A DNA stretch of 64,000 nucleotides from Octopus sinensis (lineage: Eukaryota): assembly GCF_006345805.1 (NCBI RefSeq), contig NC_043014.1:10726001-10790000 (forward strand), in the 5' to 3' direction. Positions 12,582 to 26,654 of the stretch are shown in pieces; position 1 is the first letter of the stretch; each line of letters opens with the position of its first letter. The notes beneath the pieces were generated by a model. It was not told the origin of the DNA. It saw nothing but the letters and a program-made list of their open reading frames with translations, and did not search any database. A program made the position numbers and the translations under genes.

Positions 12582-14179
12582 GGACACAGAAAAAAACAAG
12601 GAGAGAAACAAGGAGAGAAAAAAAGGAGAGAAAAACAGAGAGAAAAAAAAAGGAGAGAAAAAATGTGTGTAGTGGCAAACGATCTATCATGGCGACTCAA
12701 CTATATAACTATAGCCATATGTCATATCACACACACACACACACACACACACACGCGCACGCACGCAAACACACACAAACACACACACACGCACGCACGC
12801 AAACACACACAAACACACTATCTATTGCTACGTCTTACTAGCGTTTAACTTCAGGTGTGTTGTAGATATTGTCCGGCTCCAAATCAACTTTGATCGAACG
12901 ATTCTAAAATCGAATATGCTCCAACTGCGACCCATCGTCTTTTTTCCTTTTCAAGTACAGTTTATCTAAAAACAAACTTTTTTAAACCAATGTGTTACCT
13001 CTTTCAAAAAACATTTGGATGTGATTTGAAATAATTCGGTTACTATTTCGAGCTGATCGTGCAACCGCTTAGACAATCTGCCACCGAATTATTAATTGCA
13101 GTGAGATCAAAGCAATAATTATCTCTAACTGCTAAGTTAATTATTATCCCATATCTGAAAAAGAAAATAAACATTGAAATAACATTTGAAGTAAAGTGAG
13201 TCTTATTACAAGTGGACGCCATAAATGTTTGTGTGATACAGAAATTTCTGTCTTTTATCGTCGAAGAATCTCTGTTAAATTATTTTATTTGTATAATATT
13301 TAACAAAATAGAAAATTATCTCACCGTAATTAATATTGGTTTCAAATTTTGGCACAAGGCCAGCAATTTTTGATGGGACGGGGAAGTAATTTACGTGACT
13401 CCAGTGTTCGACATGTATATATTTTATCGATCGCGATATTAAGGCGGTGAGCTGGCAGAATCGTTAGTCCCCGAAACTTAGCGGTTCGGCAAAAGAGACC
13501 GATAGAATAAGTACTAGGCTTACAAAGAATAAGTCCTGTGTTCGATTTGCTAGACTAAAGGCGATGCTACAGCATGGCCACAGTCAAATGACTGAAACAA
13601 GTAAAAGTGTAAAAGAGTAAAAGAGATGAGTAGAATGATCAGGTGGTGTTGCTGGGCTTTGTATTTTTTTCATTGCTCCCATGGTTACCGAGATAATCTT
13701 CTATAATAATACTCTTCTATTTATGAATGAGAAAGGAATGGGTAATAGATGAATAAAGAAGGAAAGGGGTGATGTCATACTTGGTAGTGGGATGATGAAA
13801 ATTGTACGCTGAAAAATAAATCAAACAGCGTTTCAACTCTGTGTGAATATATGTGTGTATATGTAAAAGGGGGTATATGAATGTGTGTGTGTGCGCGAGT
13901 GCACGCCCAACGGAAGTGGGATGGTTCATCTTCGTTTGCTTAGTATTTGGGTTTATTTTTTTGATTTGGTTGAATCCTTTTTTTTCATTTCATCTAGTTT
14001 CAGCTCACGTGCTGTGGCCATGCTGGGGCACTTTGTTTTATTGATTTTTTCGTTGGTCAGTTATTTTTAGCGTTTTGACAGAAAAAAAGTCATTCTAAAA
14101 TTGTATTTTAACGTAAGCGTGTCCAAACAAGTCGGATGCTGACAAAGAGCCGGTTTTACAGCCACATCATCCAAACCGA

Positions 14180-14206
14180 CCGGGTGAAACCGGGCTTAGC
14201 TGCTAG
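14180..14206 (+). mobile_element. Helitron 3' terminus
   Basis: ccgggtgaaaccggg hairpin followed by ctgCTAG|T. Confidence 0.6.
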
Positions 14207-14633
14207 TTCTCTTAACAAGATAAAGTTATCTACTTTTGCACAACTTTTGCAACAACCCTCGTACAGTTAATTCTAGGGTTTGATTTTACTCCATTTCTCC
14301 GCACGATAATGAAGTTAGATATTTTGCACAATTAAAACCAACAGATGCTCTATAGCGAGTGAAATCCATGCTAAACGCGTAGACCAGTAATTATTTGAAG
14401 GCCTGTTTCCGTTCTTTTTATTCTGTAGTTAAATTCCTTTTTACTTCTTTTAAACTTTTTTCATATGTCTACATTATCAAGATATAATCCTCCAGTTTTT
14501 TTTTCAAATACCAAACTGAAAGTTTACGGATGGCTAACATTCTTTTACCTAGATTTAAAGTTCAAAATATAACGAATTTTAGAAAGATTATTTTGTCTGC
14601 ATATATATATATATATATATAATATATATATAT

Positions 14634-14665
<32 letters not shown>

Positions 14666-14726
14666 ATATATAATATATATATATACATATATATACATAT
14701 ATATATATATATATTATATATATACA

Positions 14727-14789
<63 letters not shown>

Positions 14790-14999
14790 GCATATATATA
14801 TATATGTTTGTATGTATATATGTATGTATACATGTATTTATGTATGTGTGTGTGTGTGTATTTTGATAGCCAGTAGCCGAGTGTATATACCTTTGGCACT
14901 TTTCCAATATACAAACTTATATAAAATATGTATGAGTGAGTGTATGTCTGTGTGTCTGAGAGAGTGTGTGTGTGTGTGTATGGGAGAGGGTGCACGTGA

Positions 15000-15420
15000 G
15001 TGCGTGCAAGTCTATATGTATGTGTGTATGTATGTGTGGGAATGTGTGTGTATCTGTGTGTGTGTGAATGTAAATGTTCAAGAGAGAGTGTATATGTGTG
15101 GGTGAGTGTTTGTATAAGAGTATGTGTGAATGTGTGTATGTATGTGTGTGTATGTATGTGTATGTATGTGTGTGAATGTGTATGTTAAAGAGAGAGTCTA
15201 TATGTGTGGGTAAGTTTGTGTTTGAGAGCATGTGTAAATGTGTGTGTATGTATGTGTGTGAATGTGTATGTTAAAGAGAGTGTGTATATGTGTGGGTGAG
15301 TGTGTGTATGAGAGCATGTGTGAATGTGTGTGTATGTATGTGTGTGAATGTGTATGCTAAAGAGAGAGTCTATATGTGTGTGTGAGTTTGTATTTGAGAG
15401 CATGTGTAAATGTGTGTGTA
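15000..15420. repeat. TG-rich tandem repeat of about 90-100 bp
   Basis: agagagtg/ctatatgtgtggg landmark recurs about 4 times. Confidence 0.7.
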
Positions 15421-15909
15421 TGATGTGTGTGTGCGTGCGAATGAGACAGAATGTGTGTGTGTGAGTGTATGCGCATGCGTGTGGGTGCATGTGTGAATAG
15501 ACACACGAAACACAAATGGATAATGAACGACGCCCAAAGCTTTAACATTTAAATTTCAATGGCGAGAAGATCATGCTAAAATATCGGTTCACCTTATGTT
15601 CGTGAGTTCAAATCCTATGCCGTCTTCTATTCTGCATTGGCACGCTTCGCTTAGCGAAGGTGAATGGTGCAGTAACTAGAGTGTTGCGCCCAACATCGTG
15701 GTTTCAATTCTCAGACCAGACACTGCGCTATGCACTTGAGAAAAAGTCTTCTTTTCACGTTACTCCTGTCTACTCAGCTGTAAAGAGGTTCACCCTGCGA
15801 TGGACTGGCGTCCAGTTCATAAACGGCGTGGGTGGTTGTGATCTCGATCCTGTATACGACGTGGAAACCGGGTAAGCGGGGTCACATGAGTCTTTAGATT
15901 CGAGACGGC

Positions 15910-16250
<341 letters not shown>

Positions 16251-16985
16251 TTGTCAGTTCTTTGACCTTAACCAGTTGACCATGTTCCTTAGTGGCTGAC
16301 GATATGTGCATCTCTGATCACGAGCAGTAGTCGGGAAGCATCATAGCCGTGTTTTGAGAGGAATTCTTAGAGGTTTGGATAATTCACCTTTGATTTTTCA
16401 CCCCTATGATTCTGAAAGGTCCCTTTGACTCAAAAAGCTGGTTTTATTAACACCAAATTCGTTTTCCCTTTTTTTATGACTCAGGTGAAAGATATACATA
16501 TGCATAAATATACAATAAAATAAAAGGCGCTATTTAGAAAAAGGAATGTTGTTTAATGGGACGGTTGATGATGTTTTGTTTATACTATGGTTTAGCTTTA
16601 CAGGCACAATGGTAGTCAGTTTTAAGCGGAGATCAGTTTCCACATCCATCCTATTTCTCTATTTGGATTTTATATAAAGTAGCAGCGAAGAAAAAATCTT
16701 GCTCACATAAACATTTAGTTTCTTTGGGGTTTTTTTTATTTCTTTTATGTATTTCAGTTGTTAGTTGTGGCGATGCTGAAGCATCGCCTTCAAAAATTTT
16801 AGTCAAACGAATCGCCTCCTGTAACTTTTATTATTATTATTATTTTTTTTTTACAGTCAGGTAATTATTTTATCGGGTTCTTTTGCCGAACTGTTAAGTC
16901 ACAGAGGCGTAAATACACCAACAACGATTGTCAAGCAGTTACGAGGAACAAACACAGACACAAACACTAACGCGCACACACACGC

Positions 16986-17057
<72 letters not shown>

Positions 17058-17354
17058 TGTGTGATCACTGTTACTGACCAGGCTATTAGATGTTGCTACA
17101 CATCGCTGGTCACAATGCGCTTCGCATTGTTTTAGCCTTCAAATGACGCCACCCCGCTGGCTAAGCGAGCAGGCCAACAGAAGAAAGAGTGAGAGAAAGT
17201 TGTGACGGAAGAGTACAGCAGTGATCGCCACCACCCCTTGCTGGAGCCTCGTGGAGCTTTAGGTGTTTTCGCTCAATAAACACGCCCGGTCTGGGAATCG
17301 AAACCGCGATCCTACGACCGCGGGTCTGCTGCCCTAACCACTTGGCCATTGCGC

Positions 17355-17357
<3 letters not shown>
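17058..17357 (-). mobile_element. SINE family C
   Basis: tRNA-like head; tail type ending gtcacagtgat. Confidence 0.8.
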
Positions 17358-17400
<43 letters not shown>

Positions 17401-17562
17401 TATATCGATCCCAGTGCTGAACTTGTAATTATTTTTATCGACCTTGAAAGAATGGAAGGCAAAGATGACCTCGGTGGGTTTTGAACTCAGAACCTAAAGA
17501 GCAGAAAGAAATATCGCTAAGCATTTTGCCAATGCACCAGTAATTCTGCCCACTCACCAATC

Positions 17563-17760
17563 GTTACGACACTACAGGCATATGGTTAGAATATCATAGG
17601 AACGGATCGCAAGACAAAGCCTTTAAACAACACGGATTGGTGAAGCCGAGCTAACTGGCACCGACAGGAGACATAATAAACCAAGAGGAGCATGATGATT
17701 GAATGCCATTGTCTCAATTGGTCAGGCTTTGGAATCCAGTAGGAAACGTCTTTGACAACT
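17563..17760 (+). mobile_element. RTE-like LINE 3' fragment
   Basis: LRHYRHMVRI..ERIARQ resembles the LRWFGHV.RM..ER motif. Confidence 0.45.
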
Positions 17761-17867
17761 CTTCCTGTGATTTCTACCCCATCGGCCCTTCTTAAGAATA
17801 GCGGGTAGCGAAAATGAACAGATGCAAATACGTAAAAATATTGGATTTTTGGAAGCCCTCCGTCGGT

Positions 17868-18238
17868 TACGACGATGAGGGTTCCGGTTGATCCGAATCA
17901 ACGGAACAGCCTGCTCGTGAAATTAACGTGTAAGTGGCTCAGCACTCCACAGACACGTGCACACTTAACGTAGTTCTCGGGGATATTCAGCGTGACACAG
18001 AGAGTGACAAGGCCGGCCCCTTGAAATACAGGTACAACAGAAACAGGAAGTAAGAGTGAGAGAAAGTTGTGGTGAAAGAGTACAGCAGGGATCACCACCA
18101 TCCCCTGCCAGAGCCTCGTGGAGCTTTTTTTAGGTGTTTTCGCTCAGTAAACACTCACAACGCCCTGTCTGGGAATCGAAACCGCGATCCTATGACCGCG
18201 TGTCCGCTGCCCTAACCACTGGGCCATTGCGCCTCCAC
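17868..18238 (-). mobile_element. SINE family C with an RTE-like tail
   Basis: Tail ...cgtcgtaaccgacggag; near-identical copy at 35320-35683. Confidence 0.8.
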
Positions 18239-18599
18239 ACGTAAAAATATTTGAAACACATGCAACCATAGCTAGCTACAAAAAGTTATGGAACCACTCG
18301 TATCCATGGAATGATATTTTACATGAGAAATAATTTCATTGTCTTTCAGTACACAAGATGAAAATGTGGGAGTAAATACTTAACCGCAAGACGGCTAATA
18401 CATTCGAGAATACAGGATTAGTTATTCGTGCACACTGTTCATCTCTTTGCAAAAACAAATCTCTAAAAGTACAACAGTTTTAAGTCTTAATCTTTTATAA
18501 AATGAGCTGCTTTCTCTAACTCTTCCAGTGCCGGCTTTAATTTTTTCGGAATTTTCTTGTTATTAATGCTTCTCTTTGTAAGGAAAAACAAATACATCT

Positions 18600-19000
18600 A
18601 ACATTTCATAAGCAACTCTTGAACATTTGCTTAAATGTTAAAACTATTATAGCTAAGAAATTCCTGACATTATTAAATAAGCATTTCCCAGTAAACCACA
18701 AATGCAGGAAGATTTTTAAGATGCTTAATAATAGAAAAAAATCGTACAGCTGCTGTCCTAATATGTACGACATTACTCGTAAGTCACACCAAGAGAACAT
18801 TCCCAGTTCTAACTGTCGAAACCATGAAGCTTGCCCCCTTGATTAGGCGTCTTTGATAAACGCAGTTGTATATGAAGCCGAAGTTACAGCAATGCTCCAA
18901 AGAAACATACTTGAGAAGAAAAATTACACCAGTTAATGCGAAGGCAATTTTAAAAGCAAACCACTAGTCCTTTTTCTGATACATTGATAAAGATAAGGCC
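18600..19000 (+). mobile_element. Penelope-like element fragment (RT thumb to GIY-YIG linker)
   Basis: NVKTIIAKKFLTLLNKHFP...SYSCCPNM...NCRNHEACPLD...VVYEAEV. Confidence 0.8.
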
Positions 19001-20063
19001 ACCATATATGGGGTCTGAACGCATGTGCAGATCACGTACAATCCAATCGAGAAATGTGGAGAAATCTATGCCATATACGTATAAATAGATTAAAAAAATG
19101 CAAGTTATGCGTAACTGAAAGATCACATATTTTTTATGTCCAGGAATTTCACCACACTTCCTAATTCCAGATTCGAAATTTTTAATAAATGCAAGTACAT
19201 GTGCAGGATTCTTTTGTCGAAATGGAGAACACCAACCGCTGCAGATTGAGTAGATATCTCACAGACTTTGGCTTCCTTCCTGTTATATGATGCTGCACCA
19301 GCTACAGCTGTGGAGGCGCAATGGCCCAATGGTTAGGGCAGCGGACTCGCGGTCGGAAGATCGCGGTTTCGATTCCCAGACCGGGCGTTGTATGTTTATT
19401 GAGCGAAAACACCTAAAGCTCCACGAGGCTCCGGCAGGGGGTGGTGGCGTTCCCTGTTGTACTCTTTCGCTCCAGCTTCCTCTCACATTTCTTCCTGTTT
19501 CTTATCCCCTACTTCCTACGCAACCGTTGAGCTTCGATGCGCATTCAGCCATCCGTCGATGCTCTCGGTGTCGGGGTTTGACCTGCTTTCTCTTCTGCGG
19601 GTCTTACGAATAGCAAAGGACCACGTTTCAGACTTCTCCCATCTTGCGAGCTCTGGGACGAAGACCGTTCGCTCAATAGCAACAGCAACCAGCTACAGCA
19701 ATTATGATTTCTGCAGACAGAGAGGATGAAGATCTTGGTTTTCTTATTTTCCTTCTCTGTTTTCTCGTTCCTCGTTTTGCATCAACCTTCTTCCCGTTAT
19801 ATTTTTTCTTCTTCTCGTTCTTTTATTTCAATCTTTCCCACAGACCAGCCTCCTGGCTTATAAATACATCTGACGATTTGAACAGAGTCTGAAATCTGGA
19901 AGATTGTTTGAAGATTCATTGCATGTTACATAAATCTGCCAATTTAATGTATGTTAAAGCATGAAATTATTAGTAGCTCTTTGTAATTGCATATATTAAA
20001 TGTGTGCACATTATTTACATTATTTACATTCGACGGATATTTACCCTCATCTTGTTTGTTGTT

Positions 20064-20109
20064 AACACAATGTTTCGGCTGATATACCCTCCAGCCTTCA
20101 TCAGGTGTC
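20064..20109 (-). ncRNA. Minimal type I hammerhead motif
   Basis: GACAC-CUGAUGA-A-GGCUG...CAGCC-GAAAC-AUU-GUGUU, with a G-to-A change in stem III. Confidence 0.6.
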
Positions 20110-20202
20110 GGCGAAATTTCGAAACTGAGTTCTCATTCCTAAGGTAGTTTCCGATGTTATTGATATTATTACTATTATTTTTATTATTATTATTATTGTT
20201 AA

Positions 20203-20240
<38 letters not shown>

Positions 20241-20815
20241 TATTATTATTATTATTATTGAGTGATGAGAGAGAGCAGTTCATGCCATCAAAGTGACACT
20301 GGGGTAAAATATACGAAGCCCAAAATACCCATCATGACTACCCGTCTGATAAAGGTACACCAGGCACATGCATCACAACCATATGTGCGCGACATGGTGA
20401 TCTCATATCAAGATAAACAGCACATGACCTTGCAGGTGGGGCAGTTCCAGTTAGAATTTTCTTCAGGTTGAGTAGCCCATTCCGCTCAAACGGTCCCTGA
20501 ATAAGGGTTGTTTAAGGATGTTGAAAGACCACCATGTTTCCAGAGGTGAACTATTCAAACCCCAAAGAATCCCTCCCCACTTACTTCTGCTCGTGATCAG
20601 AGATGCACATATCGTCAGCCACTAAGGGACATGCTCAACTGATTAAGGTCAAACAACTGACAAGCAAATCTGTGGTATTGAGAGCAGAATATTTGCTGTA
20701 GCCCATCTTTTATACCAAGACAAAACAATGTACATGATAACACTTCCAATCAGTAAGATCAGAAGCCATGAGAGCCACTGCCTGGTACTGCATCAGGGCT
20801 TATTATTATATTATT

Positions 20816-20846
<31 letters not shown>

Positions 20847-20972
20847 TTATTATTATTATTCAGGTCACATGAGCGTGGGCAACTAACCCCAAGATTCCGA
20901 GTTCGATTCCAGGCCGTGACCTGAATAATAATGATAATAACAACAACAACAACAACAATAATAATAATAATA

Positions 20973-21008
<36 letters not shown>

Positions 21009-21066
21009 CAACAACAACATAGAAAGATGCCTTAGGAATGAGAATCCAGGTTCGAAATTTCCCCAA

Positions 21067-21111
21067 GACACCTGATGAAGGCTGGAGGGTATATCAGCCG
21101 AAAGTTGTGTT
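21067..21111 (+). ncRNA. Minimal type I hammerhead motif
   Basis: GACAC-CUGAUGA-A-GGCUG...CAGCC-GAAA-GUU-GUGUU, with C15.2 deleted. Confidence 0.6.
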
Positions 21112-21294
21112 AACAACATATAAGATGAGGACAAATATCCGTCAAATGTAAATAATGTAAATAATGTGCATAATTCCTCATCTCTGAAATACAGAACTGT
21201 TAAATGTGTATGTCTGAATACACAAATACATGTATATATGTAATCACACACATATAATCGCGTGTGTCTGTTTATGTACATACATACATATAGA

Positions 21295-21452
21295 GGCGCA
21301 GGCGTGGGTGTGTAGTAAGAAGCTTGCTTTCCAACCACATGATTCCGGGTTCAGTCCCACTGCGTGGCACCTTGGGCAAGTGTCTTCTGCTATAGCCTCG
21401 GGCTGACCAAAGCCTTTGTGAGTGGATTGGTAGGCGTAAATGGAAGCCCATC

Positions 21453-21527
<75 letters not shown>

Positions 21528-21780
21528 TATACATATACATTATACATACATATATATATGAATACACACACATGTATATGTTTGTGTATCTGTGTTGCCC
21601 ACCATCGCTTGACAACCGATGTTGGTTTGTCTACGTCGCCGTAACTTAGCGGTTCGGCAAAAGAGACCGATAGAATAAGTACTAGGCTTACAAAGAATTA
21701 AGTCCTGGGAGTCGATTTGTTCGACTAAAGGCAGCGCTCCAGCATGGCCGCAGTCAAAATGACTGAAGCCAATAAAAGAA
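21295..21780 (+). mobile_element. SINE family B with an internal (TA)n expansion
   Basis: Matches the family consensus seen in other copies. Confidence 0.85.
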
Positions 21781-21849
21781 CAAAAGAGTATATACACACA
21801 TACATATAATGTATGTACATAAGTATATATGTATACTCTTTTACTCTTT

Positions 21850-22250
21850 TACTCTTTTACTTGTCTCAGTCATTTGACTGCGGCCATGCTGGAGCACCGC
21901 CTTTAGTCGAGCAACTGGACCCCGGGACTTATTCTTTGTAAGCCCAGTACTTATTCTATCGGTCTCTTTTGCCGAACCGCTAAGTAACGGGGACATAAAC
22001 ACACCAGCATCGGTTGTCAAGCAATGCTAGGGGGACAAACACAGACACACAAACATACACACACACATATATATATATACATATATACGACGGGCTTCTT
22101 TCAGTTTCCGCCTACCAAATCCACTCACAAGGCTTTGGTCGGCCCGGGGCTATAGCAGAAGACACTTGCCCAAGATGCCACGCAGTGGGACTGAACCCGG
22201 AACCATGTGGTTGGTAAACAAGCTACTTACCACACAGCCACTCCTGCGCC
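21850..22250 (-). mobile_element. SINE family B
   Basis: Matches the family consensus. Confidence 0.85.
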
Positions 22251-23009
22251 TATATGTATATATTATATAATATTATGTAATGTATGTATGTGTGTATGTA
22301 TGTATAATCATCATTGATGGGATATTAGACGTAATTGACAGGACTTAATTCTGCCAGACAGCTCAAGTGATATATCTCTATCACAGAGACACTGTGACGT
22401 CAAAGGAATTTAGCTGAAGCAGACTACGTGGGATGCGCCATTGTTACTGTTCATCTCTGTAACAAGGAACTATCTTTAAAATAATCTTACTGAATTTAGA
22501 TTTGTCTCATCGACTAAATTCTTTGATTATTTCACGCAACTTTCAACATTTATAAAAAATGTATAATTTTCGGATAAGGTCATTTATACAATTTTTATTA
22601 TGAATGTCTACATCCACACCCATGCGTACGTATACAAACACACACACACACACGCGTGTTTATGTATTTGCGTGTGCATATATATGTAAATATATACATG
22701 CTTGTGAATATATGTATACGCACACACACATGTATATACACACACAGAGGCAATATATATATGTATATATGCATGTATGTATGTATGTATGTATGTATGT
22801 ATGTATGTATGTATGTATGTATGCTTGTATGTATGTGAATGTATGTTGTATGTATGTATGTATGTATGTATGTATGTATGTATGTATGTGCATGTATGTA
22901 TGTATGTATGTATGTTTGTTTGTATGTATGTATGTATATATGTATGTATGTATTTCTATATTTAAAGAAAGATCTTTTCATAGTTAACTATTTTTTTTAA
23001 ATCTCTCAG

Positions 23010-23056
23010 GCAAACACAATATCTCGAACCCGTTTTTGGAAGAAAGTTTACGAATC
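23010..23056 (+). CDS. Candidate internal exon A of an unidentified gene (phase 2 to phase 1; QTQYLEPVFGRKFTN)
   Basis: Acceptor ttttttttaaatctctcAG and donor GTAAGT. Only this frame stays open when spliced to 24852. Confidence 0.45.
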
Positions 23057-23077
23057 GTAAGTTCGTTTCGTTGTTCA

Positions 23078-23143
<66 letters not shown>

Positions 23144-23724
23144 TATATACACACACATATATTTATACACATATACTCTTACTCTCTCTTTTTCTCTTTT
23201 ACTTGTTTCAGTCATTTGACTGCGGCCATGCTGGAGCACCGCCTTTAGTCGAGCAAATCGACCCCGGGACTTATTCTTGTAAGCCAGTACTTATTCTATC
23301 AGTCTCTTTGCCGAACCGCTAAGTGACGGGGACCGTAAACACACCAGCATCAGGTTGTCAAGCAATGCTAGGGGGACAAACAACAGACACACAAAAACAC
23401 ACACACATACATATATATATATATACATATATACGACAGGCTTCTTTCAGTTTCCGTCTACCAAATCCACTCACAAGGCATTGCCCAAGATGCCACGCAG
23501 TGGGATTGAACCCGAAACCATGTGATTGTTTAGCAAGCTACTTACCACACAGCCACTCCTGTATATATTATATATATATATATATATTAATATATATATG
23601 TATATATATATTAATATATATAAATTAATACATAGGGAGGATTTACGAAAAAAACAAAAGACGAAGACAGGTGGTGTACAAAACAAACAGATGTATTAGT
23701 ATAACGCTCGGGAATAGAAAATGT

Positions 23725-23760
23725 CTTTTACGTTTCGATCCTACGCTCTTCTACAGAAGG
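23725..23760 (-). ncRNA. Second copy of the variant hammerhead-like motif
   Basis: Same repeat family as 12546; one stem II mismatch. Confidence 0.4.
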
Positions 23761-23999
23761 GGACGCAAAAAACAAGGAGAAAAACAAGATGTATATATAT
23801 ACGTACACACACATATATATATATACATAATATATACATACATATATGTACATATATATATTGATATATATATATATATATTGATATATAATAAATTAAT
23901 ATACATATTAAGATATATAGATAAATATATATATATATATAGAATATATATATATATTATATATAATATTATATATATATGTATATATATGATAATATG

Positions 24000-24065
<66 letters not shown>

Positions 24066-24084
24066 ATATATGTATATATATATG

Positions 24085-24118
<34 letters not shown>

Positions 24119-24224
24119 CAGTACATAATATATGTATATATATATGTATATATATATATATACATATATATATAAATATATATGTATATAGATATATATG
24201 TATATATATATATATAATATATAC

Positions 24225-24267
<43 letters not shown>

Positions 24268-24851
24268 TATATATATATAAATATATATATATACATACAT
24301 ATATATATATATGTGTGTATGTATGTATATATAAATACAAAATGGGACAACAAAACATCCAGATAGACGATACAAAGAAAACAGGGACGGGTCATTCGGA
24401 GTTTTCTTTGCTTAGTCGAGTTCCAGATTATCTTTGCTAGTTATACTCGAGATTGCTCCAATTGCTCCAATCTGGCCAGCCCCAAGTAACAACTAAGCTA
24501 AGAGCGTTAGATTCCTTGGAGGAAAGCAGCGAATGTATACGGAAACAAGGATGGTAGAAATGGAGAAATTTACACACCTCTCTCTCTTCTCTCCTTGGTT
24601 CGGCCGTTGCCTGTGCAACATCTATATTCTTCCTTGTGCCTGTGTAATCTTGTATCCCTGGTTTACTTTCACACACCCCAGCTTAATTTAATTCGTCCTT
24701 AGTCGAAAGACACCTGTTGTTATGTCCTGTTATTTGTATTTGTGTAACTTTGCCCGTTTTTTTCCCAAAGAACAGGTGAAGTTCTTGATTGATTTCTAGA
24801 ATTTGCGAACTGTGTGACAGAGAGTCACACATTTTCATTTGTATACTGAAG

Positions 24852-24961
24852 CTCTGAGATGCTTTGAATGTCAGCAAGTCAATGGTATCGAAATCTGCCA
24901 TCAAACTGATAACTTATGTAAACAGCAGGATTACCAGGAGGCAATTCAAAAACTGTTGCAG
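24852..24961 (+). CDS. Candidate internal exon B (LRCFECQQVNGIEICHQTDNLCKQQDYQEAIQKLLQ) with a GC donor
   Basis: Acceptor ...gtatactgaAG; one open frame; donor CAG|GCAAGT matches the GC-AG consensus; phase-compatible with both neighbouring candidate exons. Confidence 0.5.
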
Positions 24962-25679
24962 GCAAGTATAAGAGCACAGTAGTAAGAACATAACCTTGCC
25001 TTAAACCACAGGTAATCGGGAATTGTTCAGAAAGTTTGTTTTGCTTTTGTGTGCGCGCGATGGTGTACCTTTATATGTATATGTGTGTATGCAGTGAGTA
25101 CATAAAAATTTGTTACTGACGTGCTCATAGAACCAATTAAATTTGTGAGATTTTGAGATTTGTTGAGGTGCGTGTTGAGATAAAAAGAAATAAAAGAGTG
25201 ATTTATTGGTAAGGAAAGAAACTGAAAAAAAAAGGAGTAAGAATGAAACGAATTTTTAAAAAAATTGGACGTGGCAATGGGGAAGGTTGAGTGAAAGGAA
25301 ATTATACACACAAACACAACATACACACACAAGCGCGTGCACGCAAGCACATGCAAAAGCACAAACACACACACACACACATACACACTCACGTATAAAC
25401 ACTCACACATGCACAAACACACACAAACACATATATATAAAGGTGTGTGTGAAGTGAGAGAGAGAGAGATAGAGTGAGAGAGAGAGTGAAAGAGAGAGTG
25501 TGAAAGAGAGAGAGGGGGAAAGAGAGAGAGAGGGAAACAGAGTGAAAGGGAAAGAGAGAGAGAGACGAGAATGTTGGCAGAGAGTAGAGTGAAGAACACA
25601 AGAAAACACAATAACAAAGAAGAAAGGAATAAAGAAAGAAAAAGTACAACAATAAAAAGAAAGTCTGAAGACGAAAAGA

Positions 25680-26026
25680 AGGAAGGAAGGAGGGAAGGAA
25701 GGAAGGAAGGAAGGAAGGAAAGAAGGAAGGAAGGAGGGAAGGAAGGAAGGAAGGAAGGAAGGAAGGAAGGAAGGAAGGAAGGAAGGAAGGTAGGAAGGAA
25801 GGAAGGAAGATAGGAAAGAAGGAAGGCTGGAAGGAAAGAAGGAAGGAAGGAAAGAAAGAGGGAAGGACGGAAGGATGGTAGGATGAAAGGAAGGAAGGAA
25901 GGAAGGAAGGTAGGAAGGAAGGAAGGAAGGAAGGAAGGAAGGAAGGAAGGAAACGATGGAGGGGGGAGAAAAGCAGAGAGGGAAGGAAGGGGAGAAGGAA
26001 TGGAAAAATGAAAACAAAAAAAGAAG

Positions 26027-26060
<34 letters not shown>

Positions 26061-26420
26061 AGAAGAAAGAAGAAAAGAAAGAAAGAAAAAAGAAAGAAAG
26101 GAAGAAAGAAAAGGCAAGAATGCAGAAAGTAAGGATGGAAGAGAAAAATCCATCAAAGTATACTACTACTACTACTACTACTACTACCATAACTACCACT
26201 ACCATTACTACCACTACTACAACTAACACCACCACTGCTACCACCATTACTACCATTACTACATTACTACCACTACTACCACTACAGTTACTACAACTAC
26301 TACTATCACCACCACCACTACTACTTCTACTGAAACCACCAGCCCTACTACTTCTGTTACTATCATCATTGCTAACACCACTACTACTACTACTACTACT
26401 ACAGCAGTTCCTGCTGCTGC
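25680..26420. repeat. Compound (GGAA)n, (GAAA)n and (ACT/ACC)n microsatellites
   Basis: Direct reading. Confidence 0.95.
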
Positions 26421-26654
26421 TGCTACTGTCTGGAACTAAGTGCCAGGGATCGTGGATACAAGGATGAAATACGAATCCACACATCGGCCCTAATCCCCCT
26501 CCCCCCTTCCCATCATTTGCATTGTGAAAATATTTTGCCATGTAACAAAGCTTAATGTGGCCGAATGGAATAACTTGGGAAATGTACCCGAAAAGTACTA
26601 ACAGCACCAACAAGTAAACGAGTTGGTTGTTTAGTAATGTTCTGTTTTACTTAG

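Larger units (their letters stand above)
20006..21199. mobile_element. Inverted-dimer tRNA-head/hammerhead element, copy 1 (centre partly deleted; about 520 bp unrelated repeat nested at 20261-20800)
   Basis: The two arms are reverse complements; direct repeat ttaaatgtgt at 19996-20005 and 21200-21209. Confidence 0.75.

Noticed and set aside
25027-26613. 528-aa ORF and overlapping long ORFs
   Set aside because: They are translations of (GGAA)n, (GAAA)n, (ACT)n and (CA)n microsatellites, open in several frames on both strands.
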